Virus record (IMG/VR): IMGVR_UViG_2922326829_000003
Location: 42,710 to 106,709 of that record
Origin: a virus
Taxonomy: Duplodnaviria > Heunggongvirae > Uroviricota > Caudoviricetes
Direction: 5' to 3' (one strand)
Length of the DNA: 64,000 bases
This document shows, piece after piece, positions 49,413 to 58,532 of this stretch. The translations under genes and the position numbers were made by a program. How positions within the stretch are numbered: position 1 is the stretch's first letter; each line of letters starts with the position of its first letter. The notes beneath the pieces are model-generated. The model saw only the letters and a program-made list of their open reading frames with translations. It ran no database searches and was not told the origin of the DNA.

Positions 49413-49970
49413 ATGAAAGAAAATACATTTGAAGAACAATTAAATGAGATTTTGAATTTATGGTTTGAGAATTTGTCTGAAGAGGAACAATATATAGTAT
49501 TAAAAAACTTAGATACTTCTGAAGATGGATTTGATAATTTAGATGTAGACACAAAATACAAGGTGTTTGACTTTGAATATATTTCTTTAGAAAGCAGAGT
49601 TGACTTTCTTGACTCTGTGTTTAGAACAGCGGCAGGGAATTATGCAAATGACTTTTCTTTTGCTGGCCGCTTTATTTCTGATATGGTTGCTCATGCTATA
49701 GAGTACGAATACCCGCTATCTTTCTTTAAAGATTTGACTCACGGATGCCAAAGTGGGATGATTGGAATTTTAGTTTATAATTCAGACTGCAAAAGAATTT
49801 ACATCAATAATCTTGATGACATGGAAGAGTTTAAGTTAAACCTTGAAGATGAATTAGGTGAACCAATCACAAATAAAAATCATTTACCACATTACACTTT
49901 TATGTGCTGGTTGTGTTATGAGGAGCTTGGGTTTTCCATCGCAAGAACATTGTTTCCTAATGAATTTTAA
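49413..49970 (+). CDS. acidic hypothetical protein (185 aa)
   Basis: Acidic ORF. Confidence 0.3.
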   Translation: MKENTFEEQLNEILNLWFENLSEEEQYIVLKNLDTSEDGFDNLDVDTKYKVFDFEYISLESRVDFLDSVFRTAAGNYANDFSFAGRFISDMVAHAIEYEYPLSFFKDLTHGCQSGMIGILVYNSDCKRIYINNLDDMEEFKLNLEDELGEPITNKNHLPHYTFMCWLCYEELGFSIARTLFPNEF

Positions 49971-49993
49971 TAAAAACACATAACAATATAAAT

Positions 49994-50458
49994 ATGTACG
50001 GAAGAGAACTTGAAGGTACTTATGGTAGTTGCAAAACACCATGTACTATATTTGAATACGAAGGGTGGTATTGTGTTGAAGGAAGCGTAAACGTAAACTT
50101 ATCTTCATCCCCAGAAGATTTATTTGATGGTGTTGATGTTGAAGAGGTGTGTGATGTTGACTTTTTTACTGCATCATCACCGATAAATAGCTTAGATGAA
50201 TTAATTGAAGCCGTTGAAGAAGACCCTGAATGTTGTGGTGAAATAAGTTTTGAAAAACTGAAAGAAATGTGGGATGAGTTCGGGGATATACCTATTGATA
50301 AAAATGAATGTATTGAGACCGGGTTTTGTATTTGGCCAAAAGGAACTGATCGATATGATATTTGGCATTGGTTTGATGAACGTTGTCCGAACAATCTACA
50401 TGATGATTTGATGTTTCCAGACGAGAATGATTTTAACAACAATTTAATAATGACTTGA
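49994..50458 (+). CDS. acidic Cys-rich protein (154 aa)
   Basis: Very acidic with multiple Cys pairs. Confidence 0.3.
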   Translation: MYGRELEGTYGSCKTPCTIFEYEGWYCVEGSVNVNLSSSPEDLFDGVDVEEVCDVDFFTASSPINSLDELIEAVEEDPECCGEISFEKLKEMWDEFGDIPIDKNECIETGFCIWPKGTDRYDIWHWFDERCPNNLHDDLMFPDENDFNNNLIMT

Positions 50459-50462
50459 AAAC

Positions 50463-51020
50463 ATGAAATATACAGATTTTTACGCTCAAATTGAAGAGAT
50501 AAAAAGAAAAGAGTGCAATGAGCTTTATAAAGCAGTAGAGGCACATGGAGGCTCTTATGAATGGGAGGATGGCGAAGAGGATTATCCTATTATCGCTATT
50601 TACTCCACCATTCCAGAACCAATAGATGTCAATGTAGAGAAAGTGTATATTGAAAACGGGGCTTTGAATATTGTAGGTGAAGACAAAGAGCGTGGCGATA
50701 AAATTCAGTTCCAGCCAGATGAGGTTTTTGTAGGACATCTTTCATATATTATAGGCTATATTCCAGAAACAGAACAAATTGATGACGTATCTTCAGAAGG
50801 ATTCAAGACAAGAGTTCTATTTGGAGACGATGCAATCAATGCTTTTTTAAACAATGAACTGGAGGAGTTTGTCAACGAAGATAAAGGATATGGATATTCA
50901 GAAAGAACATTTTCTACCCAAGCTGAAAAAGATGCTTACTTATTGGCAATTTATGACCATTCCGATTGGATTGGTAGTCATGTGCTTGATGATAAAGACA
51001 AACTTCCAGATAATGTGTAA
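50463..51020 (+). CDS. acidic hypothetical protein (185 aa)
   Basis: Acidic ORF. Confidence 0.3.
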   Translation: MKYTDFYAQIEEIKRKECNELYKAVEAHGGSYEWEDGEEDYPIIAIYSTIPEPIDVNVEKVYIENGALNIVGEDKERGDKIQFQPDEVFVGHLSYIIGYIPETEQIDDVSSEGFKTRVLFGDDAINAFLNNELEEFVNEDKGYGYSERTFSTQAEKDAYLLAIYDHSDWIGSHVLDDKDKLPDNV

Positions 51021-51023
51021 AAT

Positions 51024-51317
51024 ATGAAAGCAAATGGTGTTACGCTGGAGGAACTGGCAGATGCTTTAGGGTATGAGGTACGCATTCAAAACAAGTGCAA
51101 ATACATACACATACCTTACCCTGGATATTTCCGATATGGAACATATCACAACATTATAGTTCGTCAGCACAAAGACGAATTTAATGTACATGTTCGCGTC
51201 AATATTCCGAAAGCGTCAGTACAAGAAATGACTGTTGAACAAAATGGTGTAAAGATTGTCATTGAGCAACAAATTGAAGATGCAGTCAATAAAAGAATCA
51301 AAAACTCATTGAAATGA
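51024..51317 (+). CDS. hypothetical protein (97 aa)
   Basis: ORF only. Confidence 0.25.
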   Translation: MKANGVTLEELADALGYEVRIQNKCKYIHIPYPGYFRYGTYHNIIVRQHKDEFNVHVRVNIPKASVQEMTVEQNGVKIVIEQQIEDAVNKRIKNSLK

Positions 51318-51358
51318 AAACAACAATTATAAACTGGTAAATCGCACATGAAAACGAT

Positions 51359-51712
51359 TTGGTTCGTGAGACAATGGAAATGTGTGAGATTGATGATGTG
51401 TTGGCATGGTTTGAAGGCGATCCGGATGAATTAAGGATTGATGGACACACTGTTTTATTTATTGATATTCAAAATCTGGAAAATACAAAACAAACCATAA
51501 TCTATTTAGATGGAAGCTATGAAGTCAATGAAGACGAAATAATTAAGCGACTCACAGAATTTTATTCTGTAGATGAAAATGGCGCTGACTCTTTCGAACT
51601 GCATTACAACAGAATTGAATCCACTAACGAAAATATGCGAAACCTAAAAAACGGAATAGCCTATAGAGGTGGCAAAGGCTATGTTTATTCTCTGTACACA
51701 TTTATAAATTAA
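51359..51712 (+). CDS. hypothetical protein (117 aa)
   Basis: ORF only. Confidence 0.25.
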   Translation: MVRETMEMCEIDDVLAWFEGDPDELRIDGHTVLFIDIQNLENTKQTIIYLDGSYEVNEDEIIKRLTEFYSVDENGADSFELHYNRIESTNENMRNLKNGIAYRGGKGYVYSLYTFIN

Positions 51713-51904
51713 ATGGCTATGAAGAAAATTAAAATTGAATTAACACCAGCCCAGTACTCAATATTAAGTACAATTTTACGAAATGTAGATGAGTGTATGG
51801 AATGGGATGACGATTTGCATCAATATGCTGATTGTGCGAGATTTCTTTTATCTCTGGACAAAACAGAGTATGCGGTATTTAAAAGACTTATTGAGAAAGT
51901 TTAA
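51713..51904 (+). CDS. small protein (63 aa)
   Basis: ORF; its ATG abuts the upstream stop. Confidence 0.2.
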   Translation: MAMKKIKIELTPAQYSILSTILRNVDECMEWDDDLHQYADCARFLLSLDKTEYAVFKRLIEKV

Positions 51905-51921
51905 AACAAAATAAAGAATCA

Positions 51922-52185
51922 ATGATGCACAAATTAATACCCTGGCAGGACAAAGTATACCATGCCGTAGAAATTACATTATTTCCGGAAACAGAAAAAG
52001 AAGAGCGTGTAACGGTATCCACAGAAGAATTGCAATCAGAACTACTAAATAAAGAAGGAACTGAGTGTATTTCAAAAGAAGCTGAAGCCATTGATGATGG
52101 GATAGTTTATTATGTAACGCCTAATGAAATGAAACTCCCGGAGGAGGAAATCAGAAAAATAGTAGAGGATGCCATATCGGAGTGA
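51922..52185 (+). CDS. small acidic protein (87 aa)
   Basis: ORF only. Confidence 0.2.
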   Translation: MMHKLIPWQDKVYHAVEITLFPETEKEERVTVSTEELQSELLNKEGTECISKEAEAIDDGIVYYVTPNEMKLPEEEIRKIVEDAISE

Positions 52186-52489
52186 GAAAATTCCAATTGC
52201 CGGTACACAACATGATGGCAGGCGCAAACTTTCTGAAGAACAAAAACAAGCGATTAAAATCCTTCGCAAAGAAGGGTATAGTTATAGAAAACTGGCCGCA
52301 ATGTTCAATGTCAGTAAATGGACAATCCAGTCCATAATCAATCCTCCAGAAAGGCCAAAATCAAAAAAACAATCGAAAGAGTATTGGGCCGAAGCCAAGA
52401 GGAAATACCGGAAGAAAAAACAAGAGTTGTACAAAAACGGAGATATAAACAATAAAATCAGTAAACGTCGTCCAAAGAAACCTCCTTAA
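52169..52489 (+). CDS. HTH DNA-binding protein with basic tail (106 aa); possible regulator or small terminase-like protein
   Basis: ..LSEEQKQAIKILRKEGYSYRKLAAMFNVSKWTIQSI.. is a resolvase/sigma-r4-type HTH, and the C-terminus is Lys/Arg-rich. Confidence 0.35.
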   Translation: MPYRSEKIPIAGTQHDGRRKLSEEQKQAIKILRKEGYSYRKLAAMFNVSKWTIQSIINPPERPKSKKQSKEYWAEAKRKYRKKKQELYKNGDINNKISKRRPKKPP

Positions 52490-52509
52490 ACAAGGGTAAA
52501 TTAAATATA

Positions 52510-52734
52510 ATGAAACGAAACGAAGATAAAAGACCTAAAGTGCAGATAAAGGATTTCGCAAATTCCATACTTCAGCTGATTGGGTTTAAAAGAGGAAAAG
52601 ATTTCCAGACATATAGAGACCACCTATTTATTATAAAGCACCCCAAAAGAGGAAAGGTACTGTCAGTATTGAAAGAAGAATACCCGGAGTATAATTTTTA
52701 CTGGGACACACCAAGAATTTTGAAATGGTTTTAA
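52510..52734 (+). CDS. small basic protein (74 aa)
   Basis: ORF only. Confidence 0.2.
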   Translation: MKRNEDKRPKVQIKDFANSILQLIGFKRGKDFQTYRDHLFIIKHPKRGKVLSVLKEEYPEYNFYWDTPRILKWF

Positions 52735-52752
52735 ATTAACAATTAGAAAGTT

Positions 52753-53289
52753 ATGACATTAGATAAAATAATTAAAGAATATCACAGTGGCGATATATGT
52801 ATGGGAGAGTTATTAGCATCCACCCCAGCCACAGGTTTAAGTATAGAAAAAGCGTTTGAATTATATATTCAATCAATGAATCAAGCAAATGGCGATGAGT
52901 TTTTTGCATTGAAAGAAAACAAAATTGAGCAGTTAACAGCTGAAACACAATTTGATAACAGCCCAATAAGAAAATTATTTAAGTCGAGAAGCTACTTAGA
53001 AATTGCGTTTGAATACAATGAGGTTCTATATACGGAGAGAATCTATACGGATTCTATTGATCCAGATCATTACGAAGATTTATGGGATTATTGGTTTAGC
53101 GCCGGATCGGAAGACGATGAGCCGAATATTGTATTTGAAGTAACCGCCGATAAGAACTCCGAAGGACAATTTATCACAGAGAATATATCTGTCAATGTGT
53201 ACACGAAAGACAATTGCGATCATCCAATTGAAACCATTGAAGAGATTAGTTACAGAAAATCTTGGTTAGACTTTAAGGGGTACAGATAA
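52753..53289 (+). CDS. hypothetical protein (178 aa)
   Basis: ORF only. Confidence 0.25.
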   Translation: MTLDKIIKEYHSGDICMGELLASTPATGLSIEKAFELYIQSMNQANGDEFFALKENKIEQLTAETQFDNSPIRKLFKSRSYLEIAFEYNEVLYTERIYTDSIDPDHYEDLWDYWFSAGSEDDEPNIVFEVTADKNSEGQFITENISVNVYTKDNCDHPIETIEEISYRKSWLDFKGYR

Positions 53290-53293
53290 GTTA

Positions 53294-54286
53294 ATGTTTT
53301 ACATGAACGAATTTAACATTTACAGTTACGATAAATACATCGTGTCATTCTCAGGCGGGAAAGACAGTACCGCCTGTTTTCTTTACCTTCTTGACCAAGG
53401 TATCCCCAAAGACCGCATAGAACTGTGGCATCAGGACATCGATGGAAGAGAAAGTGTTTTCTTTGACTGGGAAGTTACACCTGATTATTGTAGAAAGTTT
53501 GCGGAAGCGTTTGGGGTGCAAATTTACTTTCAATGGAAAGAGGGTGGCTTTAAAAGAGAAATGCTAAGAGAAAATTCCCTAACTGCCCCAATATGTTTTG
53601 AGCTTCCAGACAATACAATTCAGAAAGTTGGCGGCACAAGAGGAAATCCAAGCACCCGGTTAAAATTCCCACAATCCTCTCCGGATTTAAAGGTAAGGTG
53701 GTGCAGTGCTTATTTGAAAATTGATGTCTGCTCTTCCGCTATAAGAAATCAGGAACGATTTAATAATATACGGACACTGGTGTTGTCTGGAGAAAGAGGC
53801 GAAGAATCTCCACAAAGAGCCAAATACAACATTTTAGAACCTGATCGATCCGATCTTAGAAATAGCAAGACCAGGCCGCGATATGTGGATAGACACCGAC
53901 CAATTCGTGACTGGAAGGAAGAACAAGTTTGGGAAATCATCGAAAGATACCGAGTGAGAGCTCATCCATGCTATTATATGGGTTGGGGAAGGTGTAGTTG
54001 CAAGTTCTGTATTTTCGGCAACAAAAATCAATTTGCCAGTGCTGCATTTATTAGTCCTGAACTTACAGAAGAAATCATAGAGTTCGAAAAGGTGTTTGGA
54101 TGTACAATGAAACGCACAACCGATCTTCGAACATTAATTGATTCTGGCACACCATACCAACACATCACGCAACAACTTAAAGAATTATCCGCAAGCTACG
54201 ATTACAACCTTCCAGTTATTCTTCCTGATGGTGAAGAATGGATATTGCCATCAGGTGCTTATGGGGAAATGTGTGGGCCATCTTAA
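53294..54286 (+). CDS. PAPS-reductase-like PP-loop protein with C-terminal Cys cluster (330 aa)
   Basis: PP-loop motif SFSGGKDST near the N-terminus, typical of the CysH/DndC/IbrA superfamily. The C-terminal ~120 aa carry C..C..C..C (GWGRCSCKFCIFG). Confidence 0.55.
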   Translation: MFYMNEFNIYSYDKYIVSFSGGKDSTACFLYLLDQGIPKDRIELWHQDIDGRESVFFDWEVTPDYCRKFAEAFGVQIYFQWKEGGFKREMLRENSLTAPICFELPDNTIQKVGGTRGNPSTRLKFPQSSPDLKVRWCSAYLKIDVCSSAIRNQERFNNIRTLVLSGERGEESPQRAKYNILEPDRSDLRNSKTRPRYVDRHRPIRDWKEEQVWEIIERYRVRAHPCYYMGWGRCSCKFCIFGNKNQFASAAFISPELTEEIIEFEKVFGCTMKRTTDLRTLIDSGTPYQHITQQLKELSASYDYNLPVILPDGEEWILPSGAYGEMCGPS

Positions 54287-54306
54287 TAAACAAATAAATT
54301 AAAAAT

Positions 54307-54789
54307 ATGAAAAAGAAAATAATAATTGTACTTATAAATGTAAATGCAGTAGGCTCTTGTGGAGAAAGCGCAAGAAAAGTTTGTGAAAGAATTGAAGGCG
54401 AGTTGATTGACGATTTCGACAACCATGCCGAACTGTCCAGCTTGTCTTTCCATGAAGACGATGTTGACTCAATAGCAAATTTTCCAGAGTATATGATTTA
54501 CTCTTTAACTGATTTTATGGATGAATTCAATAATGAAGAAATCAATGAATCTAACTGGTTTATAACTTGGGTTTACACTTATGATCAGATTGAGAAAGAT
54601 GAAACCAACTCACAAATTATGGAGTTGGCTTCAGAGTTAGCGGAAAAAGAACTGGTTGACAAATACCACATACTTCCTGAAGATATGTGTGATGGTGAAA
54701 ACTACAAAGAAGAATTTCAAGATGAGTTTAATTCACTGTATGACAAACATCACAGCCAATTATCTCAGCTTGCAAAATTTGAATATTAA
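54307..54789 (+). CDS. strongly acidic protein (160 aa), candidate DNA mimic
   Basis: Very high D/E content throughout. Confidence 0.3.
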   Translation: MKKKIIIVLINVNAVGSCGESARKVCERIEGELIDDFDNHAELSSLSFHEDDVDSIANFPEYMIYSLTDFMDEFNNEEINESNWFITWVYTYDQIEKDETNSQIMELASELAEKELVDKYHILPEDMCDGENYKEEFQDEFNSLYDKHHSQLSQLAKFEY

Positions 54790-54835
54790 TAAATAACAAT
54801 GCCTTGGGAGGGCTTTATAAAACCTATTATAAATT

Positions 54836-55177
54836 ATGAGTGAAGTTACGACATTGAATTTTGGACAAGCAATCGAAGCGATGAAACAAGGAAAAGCTGT
54901 CGCTCGTTCTGGCTGGAATGGAAAAGGAATGCACATTTCTTTAAACGTAGGCAATATTGACCCAGAGATATATGGGTTTGTTGGCATGGATCACCCCAAA
55001 TACCCACATGGCTCCAGCATTGATGGGGTAGATATGGGTCTGTTTAATTTAGGTGATGCAGGAACGACTACGAGATTGCCAAACATTGATATGGTAACAG
55101 CTTCCGGCTCTATTGTTCGTGGCTGGCTTGCTTCTCAAACCGATATTCTGGCCGAAGACTGGTTGATTATTGAATGA
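54836..55177 (+). CDS. DUF2829 / Tad2-like small protein (113 aa)
   Basis: N-terminal ..FGQAIEAMKQGKAVARSGWNGKGM.. matches the characteristic G(K)xVxRxGWNGKGM signature I associate with DUF2829, the family containing anti-Thoeris Tad2. Confidence 0.4.
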   Translation: MSEVTTLNFGQAIEAMKQGKAVARSGWNGKGMHISLNVGNIDPEIYGFVGMDHPKYPHGSSIDGVDMGLFNLGDAGTTTRLPNIDMVTASGSIVRGWLASQTDILAEDWLIIE

Positions 55178-55184
55178 TTAAAAA

Positions 55185-55664
55185 TTGCCATACGGTAGAA
55201 AGTCTATCGTATGGCTTAAATACAATACAATTATGTACATACCTAAAAGCGTAAACGACCTGATTGAGAATTATTTTCCCAATTATTGCAACAGTAAAGA
55301 AATACATCGACTGGATGTTTTAACGAGATATTTGGATGGAGAATTGTCTGAAGGCGACTGTGTTGAGTATTTGATATCTGATGAAGAAAATTATGAAAAA
55401 GAATTCAATGAGCTGTCAGAAAAGATTTTTTCTGAATCTTTAAAAGCTTTTGTGGCAAAATCCAAAGAGACAGATGAAGTGCAATATACACTTGGAGAAG
55501 CTGTCTTGTGGCTTATAGAGAATGGCTTTGAAATTTCTTCTGGAAATACCGGGCGAATTATCCGTTCTGGAATAGATTCCGATTTTGAAGTTGCTGAATA
55601 CAATGAGTTGTCTGGAAAGCCATTCAACGATATTGAAAATGCTATGGAGTATGCAAATGAATGA
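55185..55664 (+). CDS. acidic hypothetical protein (159 aa)
   Basis: Acidic ORF. Confidence 0.3.
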   Translation: MPYGRKSIVWLKYNTIMYIPKSVNDLIENYFPNYCNSKEIHRLDVLTRYLDGELSEGDCVEYLISDEENYEKEFNELSEKIFSESLKAFVAKSKETDEVQYTLGEAVLWLIENGFEISSGNTGRIIRSGIDSDFEVAEYNELSGKPFNDIENAMEYANE

Positions 55665-55914
55665 GAACAAAGAAATGTCTTGGAGTGATGTTGAAATACG
55701 GATAGGAGGAAGGAAAATATATGGTATCACAAATTCGTCGATTAATATTGCTGGGCGTGGGAAAAGTGGTATTTTGATTGATAATATAGCCCATTCATTT
55801 ACTGGCACTGTTACACTATCAAAGAAAAACTTGCGCCGTCTTCGAAAAATTTGCATGGCAAAGAAAATGCGTTTGCCAAGAAAACTTAAAAAGAAACTCA
55901 AAAAAACAATATGA
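55657..55914 (+). CDS. small basic protein (~85 aa)
   Basis: The ATG at 55657 (MNENKEM..) overlaps the upstream stop; the C-terminus is Lys/Arg-rich. Confidence 0.25.
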   Translation: MNENKEMSWSDVEIRIGGRKIYGITNSSINIAGRGKSGILIDNIAHSFTGTVTLSKKNLRRLRKICMAKKMRLPRKLKKKLKKTI

Positions 55915-56099
55915 TAGCAAGAATTAGAGAAGCGCATGACTTAGCTTTTAAGTTAGCCGCTATTTTGGAAGAAATTAAAGAATATAGTGTAGATTGCGAT
56001 GACGAAGAATTCTTTGAAGATGCTTATACTGATGCAGATTCCTTGCAATCAGACCTTTATGATAAATTACAGGAATTAGAAAATGACGAAGAAAAATAG
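55911..56099 (+). CDS. small acidic protein (62 aa)
   Basis: ORF only. Confidence 0.2.
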   Translation: MIARIREAHDLAFKLAAILEEIKEYSVDCDDEEFFEDAYTDADSLQSDLYDKLQELENDEEK

Positions 56100-56418
56100 T
56101 ATCACAGCGGAAGGCTCCACCCCAGCCAATAAAGAGCTGTTCTTGAAAACCTATCTGAACTACGTTGGTTTAAGCTCCTATCTGTTTGGAAAAGGAGATA
56201 AAGGAATCTATAATATAAATGAGATGCCTCCAGATAATGAATTTTATCTACCGGCAAAAGAAATCGCTGAATCTCTTGAAATAGACTGGGAGAAAATGTC
56301 ACATGGGGAAAGTAATCGGATTATGCTTGCCCTTCTGGAAGACACGTATGTTGCAATGTCTCAGGTGGAAAACAATAAAAAAATAATAGTTGAAGTAAAA
56401 TTAAAAATAACAAAATAA
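56083..56418 (+). CDS. hypothetical protein (111 aa)
   Basis: ORF only. Confidence 0.25.
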   Translation: MTKKNSITAEGSTPANKELFLKTYLNYVGLSSYLFGKGDKGIYNINEMPPDNEFYLPAKEIAESLEIDWEKMSHGESNRIMLALLEDTYVAMSQVENNKKIIVEVKLKITK

Positions 56419-56420
56419 TT

Positions 56421-56657
56421 ATGAATAAAGCGAGGAGGCAAGAACTTGTTGATGTTATTTCTCACCTGGACGAAGCAATTGACCGGGTGGAAGAAATAAA
56501 AAGTGACGAGCAGGACGCTTTTGATGCGCTGCCAGAAAGTTTTCAAAACTCCGCTCGTGGAGATTCAATGCTGGAGGCTATGGATCAGTTGGATGGACTT
56601 ATTAGTGACATTGAAACACTAAAAACTAAAATTGATGCAGTTATAAATGGAAAATAA
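56421..56657 (+). CDS. small coiled-coil protein (78 aa)
   Basis: ORF with heptad-like acidic repeats. Confidence 0.2.
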   Translation: MNKARRQELVDVISHLDEAIDRVEEIKSDEQDAFDALPESFQNSARGDSMLEAMDQLDGLISDIETLKTKIDAVINGK

Positions 56658-56721
56658 TTTATTAAAGCATTTGAACAGTGCAGATAATTATATATTTTTG
56701 TCTTTAAATAATTAAAAAGAT

Positions 56722-57147
56722 ATGTTAAGACAAGAATTTTGTGATAAATGCAAGCAGCTACGAGAAGAGGTAACGAAGGTTTCTTTGAATGAAGTATGGA
56801 GACGGTCTGGTTTTCAGCCAATGCAGACAAAGCGTTTAGAGCGAGGTGTGAACAACTTCAACATGAATAATGCGATTTCGTATTTGTCAGCTATAGAAGT
56901 TCAAATGAAATTAAAGGATTCTAAAAAAAATACTGTAGTATTGATAAAAGAATACAAAAGTATTGTGAATTGGTTGGTAAAATACCGCAAATTAGAATTT
57001 ACTCAACGTTCGTTAGCCGAGAATATAGAATGCTCCCATATAACAATAGCAAATATTGAGTCGGAGAAAAGTATTGTAAGCATAGATATTTTTCTACGTT
57101 TGGTATATGCACTTAGGTTTGAAGTGGAGCTATCACCAAACATTTGA
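56722..57147 (+). CDS. double-HTH (XRE-type) transcriptional regulator, paralog A (141 aa)
   Basis: Two XRE-like HTH segments (..LNEVWRRSGFQPMQTKRLERG.. and ..FTQRSLAENIECSHITIANIESEK..); paralog of the next gene. Confidence 0.5.
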   Translation: MLRQEFCDKCKQLREEVTKVSLNEVWRRSGFQPMQTKRLERGVNNFNMNNAISYLSAIEVQMKLKDSKKNTVVLIKEYKSIVNWLVKYRKLEFTQRSLAENIECSHITIANIESEKSIVSIDIFLRLVYALRFEVELSPNI

Positions 57148-57231
57148 TAAACAATAACAAAAGGAAACTGCTCTTATTTGTGTATATCAAATAATGATAT
57201 TATTTTTGGCGTTTAATTAATAAAAATAAAA

Positions 57232-57657
57232 ATGACAAGAAAGGTATTTTGTGAAAAATTAGCAGAAAGTAGAAAGTCTTCTGGAGTAAAAATGAAAGAT
57301 ATTTGTTTCGCTATGAATGTTATGCCAACTGTAATATATAGATTAGAAGCTGGGGAAAATAATTTTTCTATAGACAATGCACTTTTATATCTAAAAGCTA
57401 TTGGGTATGGCCTATATCTAAAAGAAGATAACACAAATTTGTTTTTTTTCGATTGCCGCGAAAATTTTTCCGAATACTTTAAAAAGTTAAGAGGAACAGC
57501 AAAACTATCTCAGCGAGATTTCGCTTCAGTTGCTGGAGTCTCTTATGCTGTAATCACAGGAATTGAAAGCGGTAAAAAAAACACCGCAATAGACAGTTTG
57601 CTTTTATGCTTACAGCAACTTAACTGTCAAATAATTATAAAAAAAAGAAATGAATAA
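57232..57657 (+). CDS. double-HTH (XRE-type) transcriptional regulator, paralog B (141 aa)
   Basis: Two XRE-like HTH segments (..MKDICFAMNVMPTVIYRLEAGEN.. and ..LSQRDFASVAGVSYAVITGIESGKK..); same length and architecture as paralog A. Confidence 0.5.
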   Translation: MTRKVFCEKLAESRKSSGVKMKDICFAMNVMPTVIYRLEAGENNFSIDNALLYLKAIGYGLYLKEDNTNLFFFDCRENFSEYFKKLRGTAKLSQRDFASVAGVSYAVITGIESGKKNTAIDSLLLCLQQLNCQIIIKKRNE

Positions 57658-58513
57658 TAGTTTTTTTATTCGAGCCACAATGACATGCGTCCCTTTAAAA
57701 GCAGACAATGGTTCTTTTGAAATAAAATCAGATGATGAAATTTTGTTGTCGGTTAGCCCATCTATTGAAAGACTGTTTCTGTTTTGGATATATGCAGAAT
57801 CCGCTGAGAATAAAGTTGCAGAATGGTTACGCAATTGTTGGGATAAAAACATTACGCCAATGAAGATCGACCAGATCATCAATTTATTCAAAAGCTCCCA
57901 TCCGGTTCAAAAGCTATCTTCTTTCCCATTAAAAGACACACCTCTTTATGCAACCGAGGAAAATGGTATTCAATTACCACTTCCTTACGAGTGTTGTTTT
58001 ATTTCTCAGAAGGACGAAAAAGAGCTGATGGATTTAATAGTAACTCATAAAAATGAAGCTCTTGAACATATTATATTATGGTTTGTTGATTTTAGAAAAA
58101 AATATAATTTGAACTATCCAAAGATGGTTGGGTTGAATATAGATTATGAATTAGCAATCTCTTTTATAAACCAACATGGATTTTCTATTGAGATACTAAA
58201 TCAGGAAGAAATAACGCAAGAACAAAAGAAATACAAGTTAGACACAACTGTTGCTACCCTGTTGATGCTATTGCCAATGTTTTTACTTTTCCGCTGGGCA
58301 TGGATAAATGATTTTCTTTTATTTAAAAAATCTATCCCATTGGCTATCATTTGTGGTATGTTTGTTGGAGGGATTGTTATATTATCGTTTAACAATATGT
58401 TTTTGAGAACAAAAAGAATAAATATTTTCAGTGTTTTTAGAAGTCTTTTTGTTGGAACTGTGGTTTTTATATTTGTATTTTTGCTGTATCTTATAATACA
58501 GTTTTTTATATAA
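57650..58513 (+). CDS. membrane protein (287 aa) with C-terminal transmembrane helices
   Basis: Soluble N-terminal part, then three or more hydrophobic helices (LLMLLPMFLLF.., ..IICGMFVGGIVILSF.., ..FVGTVVFIFVFLLYLII). Confidence 0.35.
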   Translation: MNNSFFIRATMTCVPLKADNGSFEIKSDDEILLSVSPSIERLFLFWIYAESAENKVAEWLRNCWDKNITPMKIDQIINLFKSSHPVQKLSSFPLKDTPLYATEENGIQLPLPYECCFISQKDEKELMDLIVTHKNEALEHIILWFVDFRKKYNLNYPKMVGLNIDYELAISFINQHGFSIEILNQEEITQEQKKYKLDTTVATLLMLLPMFLLFRWAWINDFLLFKKSIPLAIICGMFVGGIVILSFNNMFLRTKRINIFSVFRSLFVGTVVFIFVFLLYLIIQFFI

Positions 58514-58532
58514 CGCATTAATTCTTCCAAAA

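Noticed and set aside
55440-55937. 165-aa minus-strand ORF antisense to 55185-55664 and 55657-55914
   Set aside because: Phe/Ile-rich antisense artefact in a region with well-spaced plus-strand genes.
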